Origin: an uncultured cyanobacterium
GTDB lineage: Bacteria > Cyanobacteriota > Cyanobacteriia > Cyanobacteriales > CAWUOF01
Length of the DNA: 64,000 nucleotides
Direction of reading: 5' to 3'
Assembly: GCA_963744145.1 (NCBI GenBank)
Contig: CAVUSO010000001.1
Coordinates: 2,368,001-2,432,000 of the forward strand
Position 1 is the stretch's first letter; every line of letters begins with the position of its first letter. The translations under genes were made by a program, and so were the position numbers. This document shows, in pieces, positions 1-9,685 of this stretch. The notes under the pieces are model-generated. The model ran no database searches. It saw only the letters and a program-made list of their open reading frames with translations, and had not been told where the DNA came from.

Positions 1-348
1 TTATTTTTACTAGAAATAGCGAATCCTGTTCGAGAGAAGAATCGGGTAAATCCTGAGTTGATGAGAGATACTATTCTAAAACTTTGCTCAGAAAGATATT
101 TAACTGTAAAAAGATTAGCTGAACTATTGAATCGCAGTTCTGAAACAATTAGGAGTCATTACATTAATCCAATGTGGTCAGAAAAATTGCTTGAACTCAA
201 ATACCCTGACGAGCCAACTCATCCGCAGCAAGCATACAGAACCTTATTGTCTCAAGGAATTAGCAAGATTTCTGATACTCCATCATCTTCCCAAACTCCA
301 GAAAACACCGTTGACACCACCCATCCACCCACAACGCCGGAACCTTAA
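1..348 (+). CDS. C-terminal part of a protein with a winged-HTH tail (AlbA/HATPase_c_4- or Fic-associated type); 5' end outside window
   Basis: Frame is open from base 1. ILKLCSERYLTVKRLAELLNRS...YINP...LELKYPDEPTHPQQAYR matches the C-terminal HTH tail typical of these proteins. Confidence 0.6.
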   Translation, partial: LFLLEIANPVREKNRVNPELMRDTILKLCSERYLTVKRLAELLNRSSETIRSHYINPMWSEKLLELKYPDEPTHPQQAYRTLLSQGISKISDTPSSSQTPENTVDTTHPPTTPEP

Positions 349-350
349 AC

Positions 351-677
351 CTAGCCCCAGATGCAGATGATTTTCATTCATGGCGCGAACAGAACCCTAG
401 TCAGCCTTGTCCTCCAGGTTTAACAGAATGTCAAACTTGTGGTCTTTCTGTGTTTACTACAGAAGAAGGTGTCTGTACTGCTCTCCGGAGAAAACCTTTC
501 CTGCGGAAAAAGAAACCAGCATTAGGTACTTTAACGTCTGAGTTTGGAGTGATACTGAATACACCTTCCCAAGGAAAGAAAGGAACAGGTGAAAATCATC
601 ACACTTGGTGGGTTTCCCTGAATGCTGAACCCTGGAAAGTGTTTCATGTCATCACTATTACTTGCCCAGATCCCTGA
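351..677 (+). pseudogene. Probably 5'-truncated hypothetical protein (DFHSW...CGLSVF...HHTWW), partner of the downstream DUF6575-like gene
   Basis: Frame is open from 315 after a TGA at 312, with no start codon before GTG at 450. Conserved-looking sequence (DDFHSWREQ, CQTCGLSVF) lies upstream of that GTG. Confidence 0.5.
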
Positions 678-690
678 ATAAGGTATACCT

Positions 691-1068
691 ATGAAACTTC
701 TTCCACAATCCACTCAGTTAGGAAAGCTGGAATTAATCGAGGTGTATGAATATTATGATACACCCTGCCTTTTTTCTTGTCGGAACGCATCAGGACATCT
801 ATTTATAGCTATTTTGTTTGACCAAACAAAAAGATTAGAAAAATGGCTTTACGCCTCTATGTCTCAACGTAGATTTGAAAATATTCGCGCCGGCTTAATT
901 GATCTACGAAATACTTTTTTAAATTCAGAAGATGGATTTGTTTATGAAGTTATTATTAATTCAGATAATAGCCCTGATCGAGTTGAAATTATCTGGTGTG
1001 AAAATCTAATTGATGATTGGTTGCCAATGCCCAATGAGTTTATTGAGTTTGGGAACGCTCATTTTTAG
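691..1068 (+). CDS. DUF6575-like hypothetical protein
   Basis: LLP.T.LGKLE.IEVYEYYD.P.LFSCRN...WLY..S..RF..IR.G.IDLR..F...EDG pattern, recognised from memory. Confidence 0.6.
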   Translation: MKLLPQSTQLGKLELIEVYEYYDTPCLFSCRNASGHLFIAILFDQTKRLEKWLYASMSQRRFENIRAGLIDLRNTFLNSEDGFVYEVIINSDNSPDRVEIIWCENLIDDWLPMPNEFIEFGNAHF

Positions 1069-1196
1069 CCCTGTTTATAGCGAGTTGCACTGGCTGTTTG
1101 GCGATCGGCAAAAATTGCTTTCCAGTTAGAAGAAGATTTCCAAAAAAAGTCCAGGTATTATTAATTTAATATTAGATCCGAATCATGTTCAAATCA

Positions 1197-1221
1197 GTAG
1201 AGCGAATCATCCACGCTCTAC
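1197..1221. repeat. GTAG-type REP-like hairpin, possible terminator downstream of dnaN
   Basis: gtagagcg-N9-cgctctac perfect 8-bp inverted repeat just past the dnaN stop. Confidence 0.55.
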
Positions 1222-1232
1222 TAACTCGCACA

Positions 1233-2387
1233 TTAATTGCGTAACTGCACGGGCATAACTAGACAAATCATCTTTAACCCAGCTAAAGGTGTTAAAATTA
1301 CTGGACTAGTAGCATTATTCAATTGAATTTGAATCTCATAAGCAGGAAGAGCTTTTAAACCTTCCATCAGATAGCGCACATTAAAAGCAATATCCAATGA
1401 ATCTCCAGATATTTTAGCAGCACAGGAATCTTTGCCACTACCAACATCTTGAGCTTCTACGGAAAGATCCATCTGCTGATTTTCACTGTCAATGCTGAAC
1501 TTAACTACATTATTTTTTTGATCAGCTAAAACAGCAATCCGTTCCAAACTACTTACTAATTGTCGTCGATCGACTGTAATTTGACGTTCAAACTGTTTGG
1601 GGAGAAGTTGACGATAGTTGGGATATTGACCCTCAAGGGTACGACTGGTTAAACGTTGATCACCCCATTCAAATATTACTTGACCTTGATCAAAATGAAG
1701 CGCTATGGTTTCTGTCGCTTTAAGCGCACCTAACATTCTTTCTACTTCTCGTAAAGCTCGAGCGGGAACTGTCACCTCAAACTCTTCAACATCAACATCA
1801 TCATCTGATTCTGAATCATCAGCAGTTTCAATCGTGCTTTGGACAATTGCTAATCGGTGTCCATCGGTCGCGGCAAATTCTAAACTATCTTGACTGAGCT
1901 TCATGTGAACTCCTGTGAGTACCTGCTTAGTTTCATCCGCACTGGTAGCAAACAGAGAACCACGCAATCCATCAATGAGAGTTTCCGAGGGTAAATGAAT
2001 AATTTGACCATTTTCAATTAATGGTAATTCAGGGAACTCCTGTGCATCCATTCCCCTGACTTTATAGCGTCCAGATTTATAGCTCAAAGTAATAAATGCT
2101 TCTTCCGTTTCATCATCGAGGGTAATTTCACCATCTGGCAGACGGGCAACAATATCATTAAGTAGTTTAGCTGGTAAAGTAAAGGTGCCACCAGTTTCAA
2201 TTTGAGCACTAAAAGTAGTTTGAATCCCTAGACTGAGATCGAAAGCAGTGAGCTGTACTCGCTGATTGTCTGCATCTGCTTTTAATAATACATTAGCCAA
2301 GACTGGATGGGTCGGACGTGAAGGAACAGCCCGACTGACGAGGGACAAATTGGCACTAAGATCGTTTTGGGAGCAAACCAATTTCAT
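1233..2387 (-). CDS. dnaN: DNA polymerase III beta clamp
   Basis: AATDGHRL, LEGQYPNY, IAFNVRYL and LVMPVQ motifs; 384 aa; downstream of dnaA. Confidence 0.98.
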   Translation of the reverse strand: MKLVCSQNDLSANLSLVSRAVPSRPTHPVLANVLLKADADNQRVQLTAFDLSLGIQTTFSAQIETGGTFTLPAKLLNDIVARLPDGEITLDDETEEAFITLSYKSGRYKVRGMDAQEFPELPLIENGQIIHLPSETLIDGLRGSLFATSADETKQVLTGVHMKLSQDSLEFAATDGHRLAIVQSTIETADDSESDDDVDVEEFEVTVPARALREVERMLGALKATETIALHFDQGQVIFEWGDQRLTSRTLEGQYPNYRQLLPKQFERQITVDRRQLVSSLERIAVLADQKNNVVKFSIDSENQQMDLSVEAQDVGSGKDSCAAKISGDSLDIAFNVRYLMEGLKALPAYEIQIQLNNATSPVILTPLAGLKMICLVMPVQLRN

Positions 2388-2555
2388 GGGTGTTTCAGAC
2401 GAAGATGATGTTGAGGTGGGATATATTATTCCTACTGATCAATGACAAGCTGGTTAGACTAGGAGTTGAGATCAGTATTGTTAATTGTAAGCAAAAGCAG
2501 ATATTACCATGTTGAATTGCTGGGAGCTACCTCAATCGACGACTTCCTACTATAT

Positions 2556-2672
2556 TAGACAAGAAAGCAAAAGTCAAAAATATTTGTTTGTAGTAAGGGC
2601 TGTCTTCCCTCGATTATTGAGCATTAGGGGACTAAAGTCCCTACTACAAACGATACTTTTGCAAGAAGTCTA
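2556..2672. mobile_element. MITE/REP-like palindromic element in the dnaA-dnaN intergenic region
   Basis: Imperfect terminal inverted repeats tagac..gcaaaagt / acttttgc..gtcta with TA at both ends. Inner inverted repeat gtttgtagta (2586) / tactacaaac (2642). Confidence 0.6.
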
Positions 2673-2678
2673 TTTACT

Positions 2679-2779
2679 TGTGGAAAATGTGGAAAATTTG
2701 CACAAATGCTGATCTGACATAGATCAACTTGCTTCCGCTCCTGTGGAAAACTTGTGGAAAAAAGTCCAGTTTTTCCACA
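2679..2779. promoter_or_regulatory. oriC: oriC DnaA-box cluster
   Basis: TGTGGAAAA at 2679, 2688, 2742 and 2753, plus TTTTCCACA at 2771 (cyanobacterial DnaA-box consensus), between dnaA and dnaN. Confidence 0.9.
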
Positions 2780-2815
2780 GGGTATTTATACTAAAGAAGG
2801 TTCCAGTGAGCTTAA

Positions 2816-4204
2816 TTAAGATTTTTTGGGAAATTTACTGGCAAAATTAATCCGATCGCTAAGTTGACGCAAAGTTTGGGAGATGGTCGGGTCGGACTCT
2901 TTCAATTGAGCAACTTTCTCACAACTATACATCACGGTAGTATGGTCTTTACCTCCAAACTCTTCTCCAATCCTGGGTAAACTCAAATCGGTATGGTGAC
3001 GCATTAAATACATGGCAATTTGACGAGCTTGACTAATTTCTCTCCGACGGGAATTGCTTTTTAAATCCTCGATCGAAACATTAAACACCTCTGCAACTAC
3101 ATTTAATACTGATCCCGGTGTCGCTTCCACTTTCTCTGTGGGTGGATTTAAAATTGGTGCAATATTTTCTACCGTCATCGGTAACCCGGAAATAGAAATA
3201 TAAGCTACAGTGCGAATCAACGCACCTTCTAATTCCCGAATATTAGAAGTATAACTAGAAGCAATATACTCAATCACCTGTCGGGGTAAACGCATATTTT
3301 CATATTCTGCCTTTTTTTGTAAAATTGCCATGCGAGTTTCCAAATCAGGTGGTTGAATATCCGCAATTAATCCCATGGAAAACCGCGAACATAGACGTTC
3401 CTGTAACTGGGGAATATGATTAGGTGGGCGATCGCTAGCTAAAACCACCTGTTTTCCCGATTCATGTAAAGTATTAAAAGTATGAAAAAACTCTTCCTGA
3501 GTATATTCTTTACCTTCAATAAACTGAATATCATCCACCAACAACACATCTGCTGCTCGATAGTGTTCACGGAAACTCTGCATACTATCTTTGCGAATTG
3601 CCGCAATCAAATCATTAGTAAACTTTTCTGTAGAAACATAAAAAATATTCGCATCTGGGTCAATTTCCAAGCGATAATGACCTATTGCTTGCATCAAATG
3701 AGTTTTCCCTAAACCAACTCCTCCACATAAAAATAAAGGATTAAACTCTCGACCAGGGGATTCAGCTACTGCGAGGGAAGCAGCATGGGCCATTCGACTA
3801 TTAGAACCAACCACAAATCGGGAAAAAACATATTTAGGATTAAGTTCTGCTGGTCTGGGTCGATGATTTTGCTGATTTTCGGGAGCATCAGGACTAACAG
3901 TTGATGACCAAAAACTCTCCGCTTCCCCTGAATTAACAGTTTCTTGGTCTGAAGCTGTAGTAATGTAGATATCAACGGGATTACCAACAATATCTTGCAC
4001 CACATCAGCAATCGTTTTGATGTAATACTTCTGTAACCAATTACGAGCAAAGGGGTTAGGAGTAAGAATCACCAAACAATTATTTTCCAATTGCTGAGGA
4101 CTAGCAGTTTTGATCCAAGTTTCAAAGGTGGGTCGGCTTAGTTGGACATGAAGACGTTCAAGTACCTGACTCCAGAGACTGTTAAGGGAAATTTCGTTGG
4201 TCAT
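2816..4204 (-). CDS. dnaA: Chromosomal replication initiator DnaA
   Basis: [17 protein letters not shown]alker [18 protein letters not shown] and GGKDHTTV. Confidence 0.99.
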   Translation of the reverse strand: MTNEISLNSLWSQVLERLHVQLSRPTFETWIKTASPQQLENNCLVILTPNPFARNWLQKYYIKTIADVVQDIVGNPVDIYITTASDQETVNSGEAESFWSSTVSPDAPENQQNHRPRPAELNPKYVFSRFVVGSNSRMAHAASLAVAESPGREFNPLFLCGGVGLGKTHLMQAIGHYRLEIDPDANIFYVSTEKFTNDLIAAIRKDSMQSFREHYRAADVLLVDDIQFIEGKEYTQEEFFHTFNTLHESGKQVVLASDRPPNHIPQLQERLCSRFSMGLIADIQPPDLETRMAILQKKAEYENMRLPRQVIEYIASSYTSNIRELEGALIRTVAYISISGLPMTVENIAPILNPPTEKVEATPGSVLNVVAEVFNVSIEDLKSNSRRREISQARQIAMYLMRHHTDLSLPRIGEEFGGKDHTTVMYSCEKVAQLKESDPTISQTLRQLSDRINFASKFPKKS

Positions 4205-4319
4205 AGGTCATAGCTCAAAGTTAAACATAATGAACTTGTCCAAAATTGGCAAATATAAGATTGACATCCTCTCAAAGTACAGTTATCTCACCAAATTTTC
4301 TGAAAGGAACAGGGAAAAT

Positions 4320-5606
4320 ATGGATTTTGAAGCGACTTCTTCTCCTCATCTAGATCACCCTGAGAGTGGGTCAATAGCTGACCACCTAGCGCCCATCCAT
4401 TGTGAATTACCTGAAAAAAAACCAGCAATTTATCTGTTACTACTGCTAGCAGTCACAGGAATAACGGGTTTAAATGGTTGTCAGAGAAACCCCGATGTAC
4501 CTTCCTCCATCGCAATTGAACGCACTACATCGTCTCCTGTTGCCACATTACCCAAACAACCTAATCAAAACATTAATGTAGATTCTAATTTTATCGTTAC
4601 TGTGGTGGAAAAGGTAGGACCAGCCGTAGTGCGTATTGATTCTTCACGTACAATCAGTCAAAATCAAGGAAATGAATGGGATGAACCCTTGCTCCGTCGC
4701 TTTTCTGGTCGTAATCCTGCAAGCGATCGCGTTGAACGAGGTACCGGTTCTGGCTTTTTAATTAGTGCTGATGGACAAGTTCTCACTAATGCTCATGTCA
4801 TTAATGGTGCCGATCGGGTAAATGTCAAACTCAAGGATGGTCGCAGTTTTGCAGGTAAGGTCTTAGGAGAAGACCCCTTAACTGATGTTGCAGTGGTGAA
4901 AATTCAGTCCACTAATTTACCAACTGTAGCTTTAGGAAATTCTGATTATTTACGCTCTGGAGAATGGGCGATCGCAATTGGTAATCCTTTAGGTTTAGAT
5001 AATAGTGTTACGATCGGCATTGTTAGTGCTACTGAACGCTCTAGTAGTCAAATTGGTGTCCCCGATAAGCGGGTGGGTTTTATTCAAACTGATGCTGCGA
5101 TTAATCCGGGTAATTCTGGTGGACCCCTATTAAATGCTAGTGGTGAAGTAATTGGGATTAATACGGCAATTATTCAGGGTGCCCAAGGGTTAGGTTTTGC
5201 GATTCCGATTAACACAGCTCAACAAATTGCCCAACAGTTGATTACGAAAGGAAAAGTCCAACATGCTTATTTGGGGATAGTAATGGTCACATTAACACCA
5301 GAAATTAAGCAAAAAATTAATCATGATTCCCAAGGTCAGACCAAGATTCAAGAAGATGATGGTGTGTTAATTGTCCGTGTTGTGCCCAAATCACCTGCTG
5401 CGATCGCAGATCTTCGTCCTGGAGATATTATTAAAAAGCTGAATGAGCAATCGATTCAGAAGACCGAGCAAGTACAACAAATTATTGAAAATACCGGAAT
5501 TGGTGCTAATCTAAAAGTACAACTACGTCGGAATGGCAAGACTATGAATGTTACCGTGCAACCAGGTGATTTACCTGTGCGCTCAACTCGTCGTCAACCA
5601 CAGTAA
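4320..5606 (+). CDS. HtrA/DegP-family (Hho-type) serine protease with PDZ domain
   Basis: GTGSGF, TNAHV, DVAV and [17 protein letters not shown]-terminal PDZ. ATG 4320 preferred over 4197, which overlaps dnaA. Confidence 0.93.
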   Translation: MDFEATSSPHLDHPESGSIADHLAPIHCELPEKKPAIYLLLLLAVTGITGLNGCQRNPDVPSSIAIERTTSSPVATLPKQPNQNINVDSNFIVTVVEKVGPAVVRIDSSRTISQNQGNEWDEPLLRRFSGRNPASDRVERGTGSGFLISADGQVLTNAHVINGADRVNVKLKDGRSFAGKVLGEDPLTDVAVVKIQSTNLPTVALGNSDYLRSGEWAIAIGNPLGLDNSVTIGIVSATERSSSQIGVPDKRVGFIQTDAAINPGNSGGPLLNASGEVIGINTAIIQGAQGLGFAIPINTAQQIAQQLITKGKVQHAYLGIVMVTLTPEIKQKINHDSQGQTKIQEDDGVLIVRVVPKSPAAIADLRPGDIIKKLNEQSIQKTEQVQQIIENTGIGANLKVQLRRNGKTMNVTVQPGDLPVRSTRRQPQ

Positions 5607-5613
5607 ATTAATT

Positions 5614-6147
5614 ATGTCGGAAATCTTGTCAGTCTCCCAATTAGGTAATCCGGTTCTTCGTCAACCAGCTCAACCGATCGCTAATGTTAATGATCTAGAT
5701 CTGCAAAAGCTGATTGATGATTTAATTACTACCGTTACTCATACTAATGGAGTCGGGATTGCTTCTCCTCAAGTTGCTCAACCCTATTGTTTGTTTATAG
5801 TCGCATCTCATCCTAATCCTCGTTATCCTGCTGCACCCATGATGGAACCTACCGCAATGATTAATCCCAAAATTATTGACCATAATGATGAAATTGTCAA
5901 AGATTGGGAGGGTTGTTTAAGTGTTCCGGGAATTAGAGGGTTAGTACCTAGATATAAAACAATTGAAGTTGAATATATTAATCGAGCTGGGGATTTACAC
6001 CGACAAGTATTAACTGATTTTGTAGCGAGAATTTTTCAGCATGAATATGATCATTTAGATGGGATTGTATTTTTAGATCGAGTGGAAAGTACCTTGGAGA
6101 TGATGACGGAGGTGGAATATCAGCAACGGATTGTTAATCGAACCTAG
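5614..6147 (+). CDS. def: Peptide deformylase
   Basis: GVGIASPQV, EGCLS and QHEYDHLDG motifs. Confidence 0.96.
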   Translation: MSEILSVSQLGNPVLRQPAQPIANVNDLDLQKLIDDLITTVTHTNGVGIASPQVAQPYCLFIVASHPNPRYPAAPMMEPTAMINPKIIDHNDEIVKDWEGCLSVPGIRGLVPRYKTIEVEYINRAGDLHRQVLTDFVARIFQHEYDHLDGIVFLDRVESTLEMMTEVEYQQRIVNRT

Positions 6148-6170
6148 ATTAGGATATCTCAGAAGAAGAA

Positions 6171-6240
6171 GGGCGAAGCATTCGGATATAATATTAACAG
6201 ACTTAAGCGATTAATTATCGCCCGAATGCTTCGCCCCTAC
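6171..6240. repeat. REP-like inverted repeat
   Basis: gggcgaagcattcgg (6171) / ccgaatgcttcgccc (6222), ending in cctac; related to copies at 21688-21976. Confidence 0.8.
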
Positions 6241-6280
6241 AGTTAACTGAACGGTATTGTTCTATAACTAAGAGGATAAA

Positions 6281-6871
6281 ATGACGATTAATCTCGAAAA
6301 AGGACAACGGATCTCCCTTTCTAAAGCAGCACGAGGATTAGCAAAAATTAAGTGTGGATTGGGTTGGGATGTCGGGAAGAAATCAGGAGCTTTTAGTAAT
6401 GTACCTGATTATGATTTAGATGCTTCAGTAATCTGTTTAAATGGAAATGGTAAACTGGATCATGAAAACAATATCATTTATTTTGGGAATTTGTCCCACA
6501 GTTCGGGAGGGATTACTCATTTAGGAGATAATATCACAGGTGCAGGAGAAGGAGATGATGAGCAGGTAATTGTTGATTTAACTAAAATTCCAACAGCGAT
6601 CGCCAGATTGGTTTTTACTGTTAATATTTATGATTGTATTGCTCGTCAACAAGAATTTGCCCAGGTGCAAAATGCTTTTGTCCGTCTGGTAAATGTTTCT
6701 AATAATCAAGAAATCGCTCGTTACAATTTATCTGGGGCTGAATATAAAGAAATGACGGGTATGATTATGGTAGAAATATATCGAGATCATCATCATGAGT
6801 GGAAAATGACAGCGATCGGCAATGGTGTTAAAGTTAATGGATTAGGAGATTTAGCTAAGACCTACACTTAG
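6281..6871 (+). CDS. terD: TerD/TerZ family stress protein
   Basis: INLEKGQRISL, GLGWD, DLDAS, GDNITGAGEGDDE and NAFVRL. Confidence 0.9.
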   Translation: MTINLEKGQRISLSKAARGLAKIKCGLGWDVGKKSGAFSNVPDYDLDASVICLNGNGKLDHENNIIYFGNLSHSSGGITHLGDNITGAGEGDDEQVIVDLTKIPTAIARLVFTVNIYDCIARQQEFAQVQNAFVRLVNVSNNQEIARYNLSGAEYKEMTGMIMVEIYRDHHHEWKMTAIGNGVKVNGLGDLAKTYT

Positions 6872-7021
6872 TCTCCCTAGATCAACCATAATTTACTTGT
6901 TTGCAGGAGTGAAAGTTATGACAATTAAAACCAGAAATCTTTTTTGAATTTGGTTGGTAGTAAGTGTTTGATGCTGACTACCAACTGCTAAGAGCATAAA
7001 ATTATAACCAGGACTTAACCG

Positions 7022-7594
7022 ATGTTTTCTACAGTAACAGATAAAATATGTTGGACAACTAGCGATTTAGAGCTATTTCCTGATAATGACAACCGTTATG
7101 AGATTATTGATGGAGATTTATTTGTGACGAGATCCCCTGATTGGAAACATCAAGAAGTCTGTGTAAAAGTTGCTACTAAACTTGAAATATGGTCAACTCA
7201 AACTAATCAGGGTAGAACTGCTTTTGCACCAGGATTAATTTTTACAGATGCTGATCATGTTATTCCTGATGTAGTTTGGGTTAGTAATGAACGTTTAGCA
7301 GAAATTATTGATCCAGCAGGACATTTAATTGGTGCTCCCGAATTAGTTGTTGAGGTTCTTTCTCCCGGAGAAGTACAACAAAAAAGAGATCGGGAGTTGA
7401 AACTCAAGTTGTATTCAGTTCAAGGAGTTAGGGAATATTGGATTTGCGATCGCTTCCAAATAAAAATTGAAGTTTATCGTCGCGACAATGGGATTTTAAA
7501 ATTAGCTGCTACTTTATTTACAGAAGATCATTTAACCAGTCCTCTTTTACCTGGATTTAGTTGTCCTGTTCATCAGTTATTTCCTGATCATTGA
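7022..7594 (+). CDS. Uma2 family (DUF820) putative endonuclease
   Basis: RYEIIDG, PDVVW, APELVVEVLSPG, K..LY...GVREYWI.D. Confidence 0.92.
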   Translation: MFSTVTDKICWTTSDLELFPDNDNRYEIIDGDLFVTRSPDWKHQEVCVKVATKLEIWSTQTNQGRTAFAPGLIFTDADHVIPDVVWVSNERLAEIIDPAGHLIGAPELVVEVLSPGEVQQKRDRELKLKLYSVQGVREYWICDRFQIKIEVYRRDNGILKLAATLFTEDHLTSPLLPGFSCPVHQLFPDH

Positions 7595-8274
7595 TAAAGT
7601 AAAGGGTCTTGTAATCCTAATTCTGCAAAAGCTGCTAATCTTAAACGACAAGCATCACATTGACCACAAGCTAACTCATCACCAGCATAACAAGACCAAG
7701 TTTCTTCCCAAGGTACACCCAATTGATTACCTAATTGGATGATTTCCGTTTTCTTTAATTCTAACAATGGACTCACGATCGCGATCGCTTGTCCTTCTCG
7801 ACCTTGTTTTGTCCCTAAGCGAAACACTTCTTGCATTGCTTGAATATAATCTGGACGACAATCAGGATAACCAGAATAATCTAAAGCATTGACACCTATA
7901 TACACAAAATTAGCACTAATAGTTTCCGCATAAGCAAGAGCAAAACTTAAAAAAATTGTATTGCGAGCGGGAACATAGGTAACAGGAATATGGCTAGACA
8001 TTTCTGCTAAAGTGCGATCGCGTGGTAATTCTATTTGTTCATCTGTTAAAGCTGAACCACCCCACCGACGTAAATCAAAACTCACGATCTGATGGTCAAC
8101 TATTCGAGCTGACTGAGCAACTAACTTAGCTGATCCTAATTCGCGTCGATGTCTTTGGTGATAATCAAACGAAAGAGCATAGCATTCACATCCATCTGCT
8201 TTCGCTTGGTATAGAACCGTAGATGAATCTAATCCACCTGATAATAAAACAACAGCTTTTTTTCTAGTAGTCAT
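7588..8274 (-). CDS. queC: 7-cyano-7-deazaguanine synthase
   Basis: LLSGGLDS, YVPARN, GYPDCRP and SCY...CGQCDAC. Confidence 0.97.
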   Translation of the reverse strand: MTTRKKAVVLLSGGLDSSTVLYQAKADGCECYALSFDYHQRHRRELGSAKLVAQSARIVDHQIVSFDLRRWGGSALTDEQIELPRDRTLAEMSSHIPVTYVPARNTIFLSFALAYAETISANFVYIGVNALDYSGYPDCRPDYIQAMQEVFRLGTKQGREGQAIAIVSPLLELKKTEIIQLGNQLGVPWEETWSCYAGDELACGQCDACRLRLAAFAELGLQDPLLYQ

Positions 8275-8302
8275 AATTGCTCAAAAATCTGATAATTTTT
8301 TA

Positions 8303-8860
8303 TCATCTAATGTGAAAATGTGGTTCATGATAAAACTGAAGTCTACCATAACCGAGAAATTGACCATAAGGATTTTCCCCCATCGGAAAAGCTGTTACTC
8401 CAAATAAATATATACCATCAAATTGAGGATTATGCACAGGATAAAGTCCAATTTTCACCTTTGTCCCTGGGGAAACAGGTGGATCAAATACTACTGATAC
8501 AGTACGGGTCTTCTCATCTCTACTCACCGAACCCAGTTTCAACTTTTGTTCCTTTTTTCCGGGTATTTGGACAAAAGCCTCGGTACTTTTCAGATAAAAT
8601 TCTATATTATCTCCACCTTGGTACTGATTAATCTTTACCTGTTCTAAAGGTTCCCCAGCATTTTCGGGTAAATTCAGGGTGAAATAATAAGTTGCACCCC
8701 AAACATAAGTATCGTTAAAGGTAGTCCTAACTGAGAGCAGAGCTGGAGGTTGAACAAAGTAAACCTTACCGTCTGATAGTTGGACTCCTTGAGCCCAGGG
8801 ACTGACACCTACCCAAATTCCTGTTCCGATCATTAATCTTAACCATCGGTAATTTCTCAT
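8303..8860 (-). CDS. DUF2808 domain secreted protein
   Basis: Signal peptide, YYFTL..P..AGEPL, FDPPV.PG, NP...G.YLFGVTAFP.G. Confidence 0.85.
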   Translation of the reverse strand: MRNYRWLRLMIGTGIWVGVSPWAQGVQLSDGKVYFVQPPALLSVRTTFNDTYVWGATYYFTLNLPENAGEPLEQVKINQYQGGDNIEFYLKSTEAFVQIPGKKEQKLKLGSVSRDEKTRTVSVVFDPPVSPGTKVKIGLYPVHNPQFDGIYLFGVTAFPMGENPYGQFLGYGRLQFYHEPHFHIR

Positions 8861-9091
8861 ATTTCTCCTCCTAACCTGACCCGCTCTTGACCAAAATCAC
8901 CCCAATCATTAAATTTGCCCTACTATATTTTGCTTAAATTCAGTAATTTCTTAATATTTCTTATCAAAATCTCATCAGTATCTGAGAAGTTGTCATGACT
9001 TAGATTGTAGCAATTTGAAACAATATTTCATATTTTTTGCCAACGGCATTCGCTAAGATCAAAAGTAAAGAAGGTAAGTAGAGGTGATCTG

Positions 9092-9637
9092 ATGACTGCG
9101 ATCGCGCCAATGCCATTAAAACGACCACTATGTCAAACAATAGCTATTTTTACTCTAGCCTTTTGGCTAAGTAGTAGCCTAGTGTTAGATTTGGTAATTA
9201 TGCCTAGTTTGTACGTGAGTGGGATGATGACTGAAGCTGGTTTTGCCCCAACTGCATATTTAATTTTCTGGCTATTTAATCGAATTGAATTAATTTGTGC
9301 AGCTTTGGTATTAACCGTATTATTAGTGCTTCGCAATTTACCCAATCCTGCGCTCCGGTTAGGAGGGAAAGCAATTTTATTATCTGTCATTTTGTTAGTA
9401 GTTGCTTTAGTTGATACCTACGGTTTAACTCCCCAGATGAGTGCTTTAGGGATGCAGTTAAATCTTTTTGAGGTGGCTACAACTACTCCAGCAGGAATGA
9501 ATCAATTGCATCAAAGTTATTGGATTTTAGAATTAATCAAAGTAACAATTGCGGGCATCATATTAGGTTGGTGCTATAATAACTATACCGCCAACAATTG
9601 GTCAAAAAAAGTTCAAACTGGTTCCCAAGCTTCCTAA
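9092..9637 (+). CDS. DUF4149 (TMEM205-like) membrane protein
   Basis: Four hydrophobic helices; MPSLY..GMM, FNRIE and LH..YW.LE..K. Confidence 0.8.
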   Translation: MTAIAPMPLKRPLCQTIAIFTLAFWLSSSLVLDLVIMPSLYVSGMMTEAGFAPTAYLIFWLFNRIELICAALVLTVLLVLRNLPNPALRLGGKAILLSVILLVVALVDTYGLTPQMSALGMQLNLFEVATTTPAGMNQLHQSYWILELIKVTIAGIILGWCYNNYTANNWSKKVQTGSQAS

Positions 9638-9649
9638 ATCAAGCGGTTC

Positions 9650-9682
9650 TGTTCATGGTTCTGGGAAAATGAACCATGAACA
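9650..9682. terminator. Hairpin between convergent genes
   Basis: tgttcatggttc-N9-gaaccatgaaca 12-bp stem between the DUF4149 and relA/spoT stop codons. Confidence 0.7.
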
Positions 9683-9685
9683 AAA

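Noticed and set aside
2509..2712. 67-aa ORF between dnaN and dnaA
   Set aside because: It runs through the palindromic element and DnaA boxes and has no protein features.
7588..8274. queC as part of a Dpd or QatABCD defence system
   Set aside because: It is a canonical-length housekeeping QueC with no dpd, TatD or qat neighbours.
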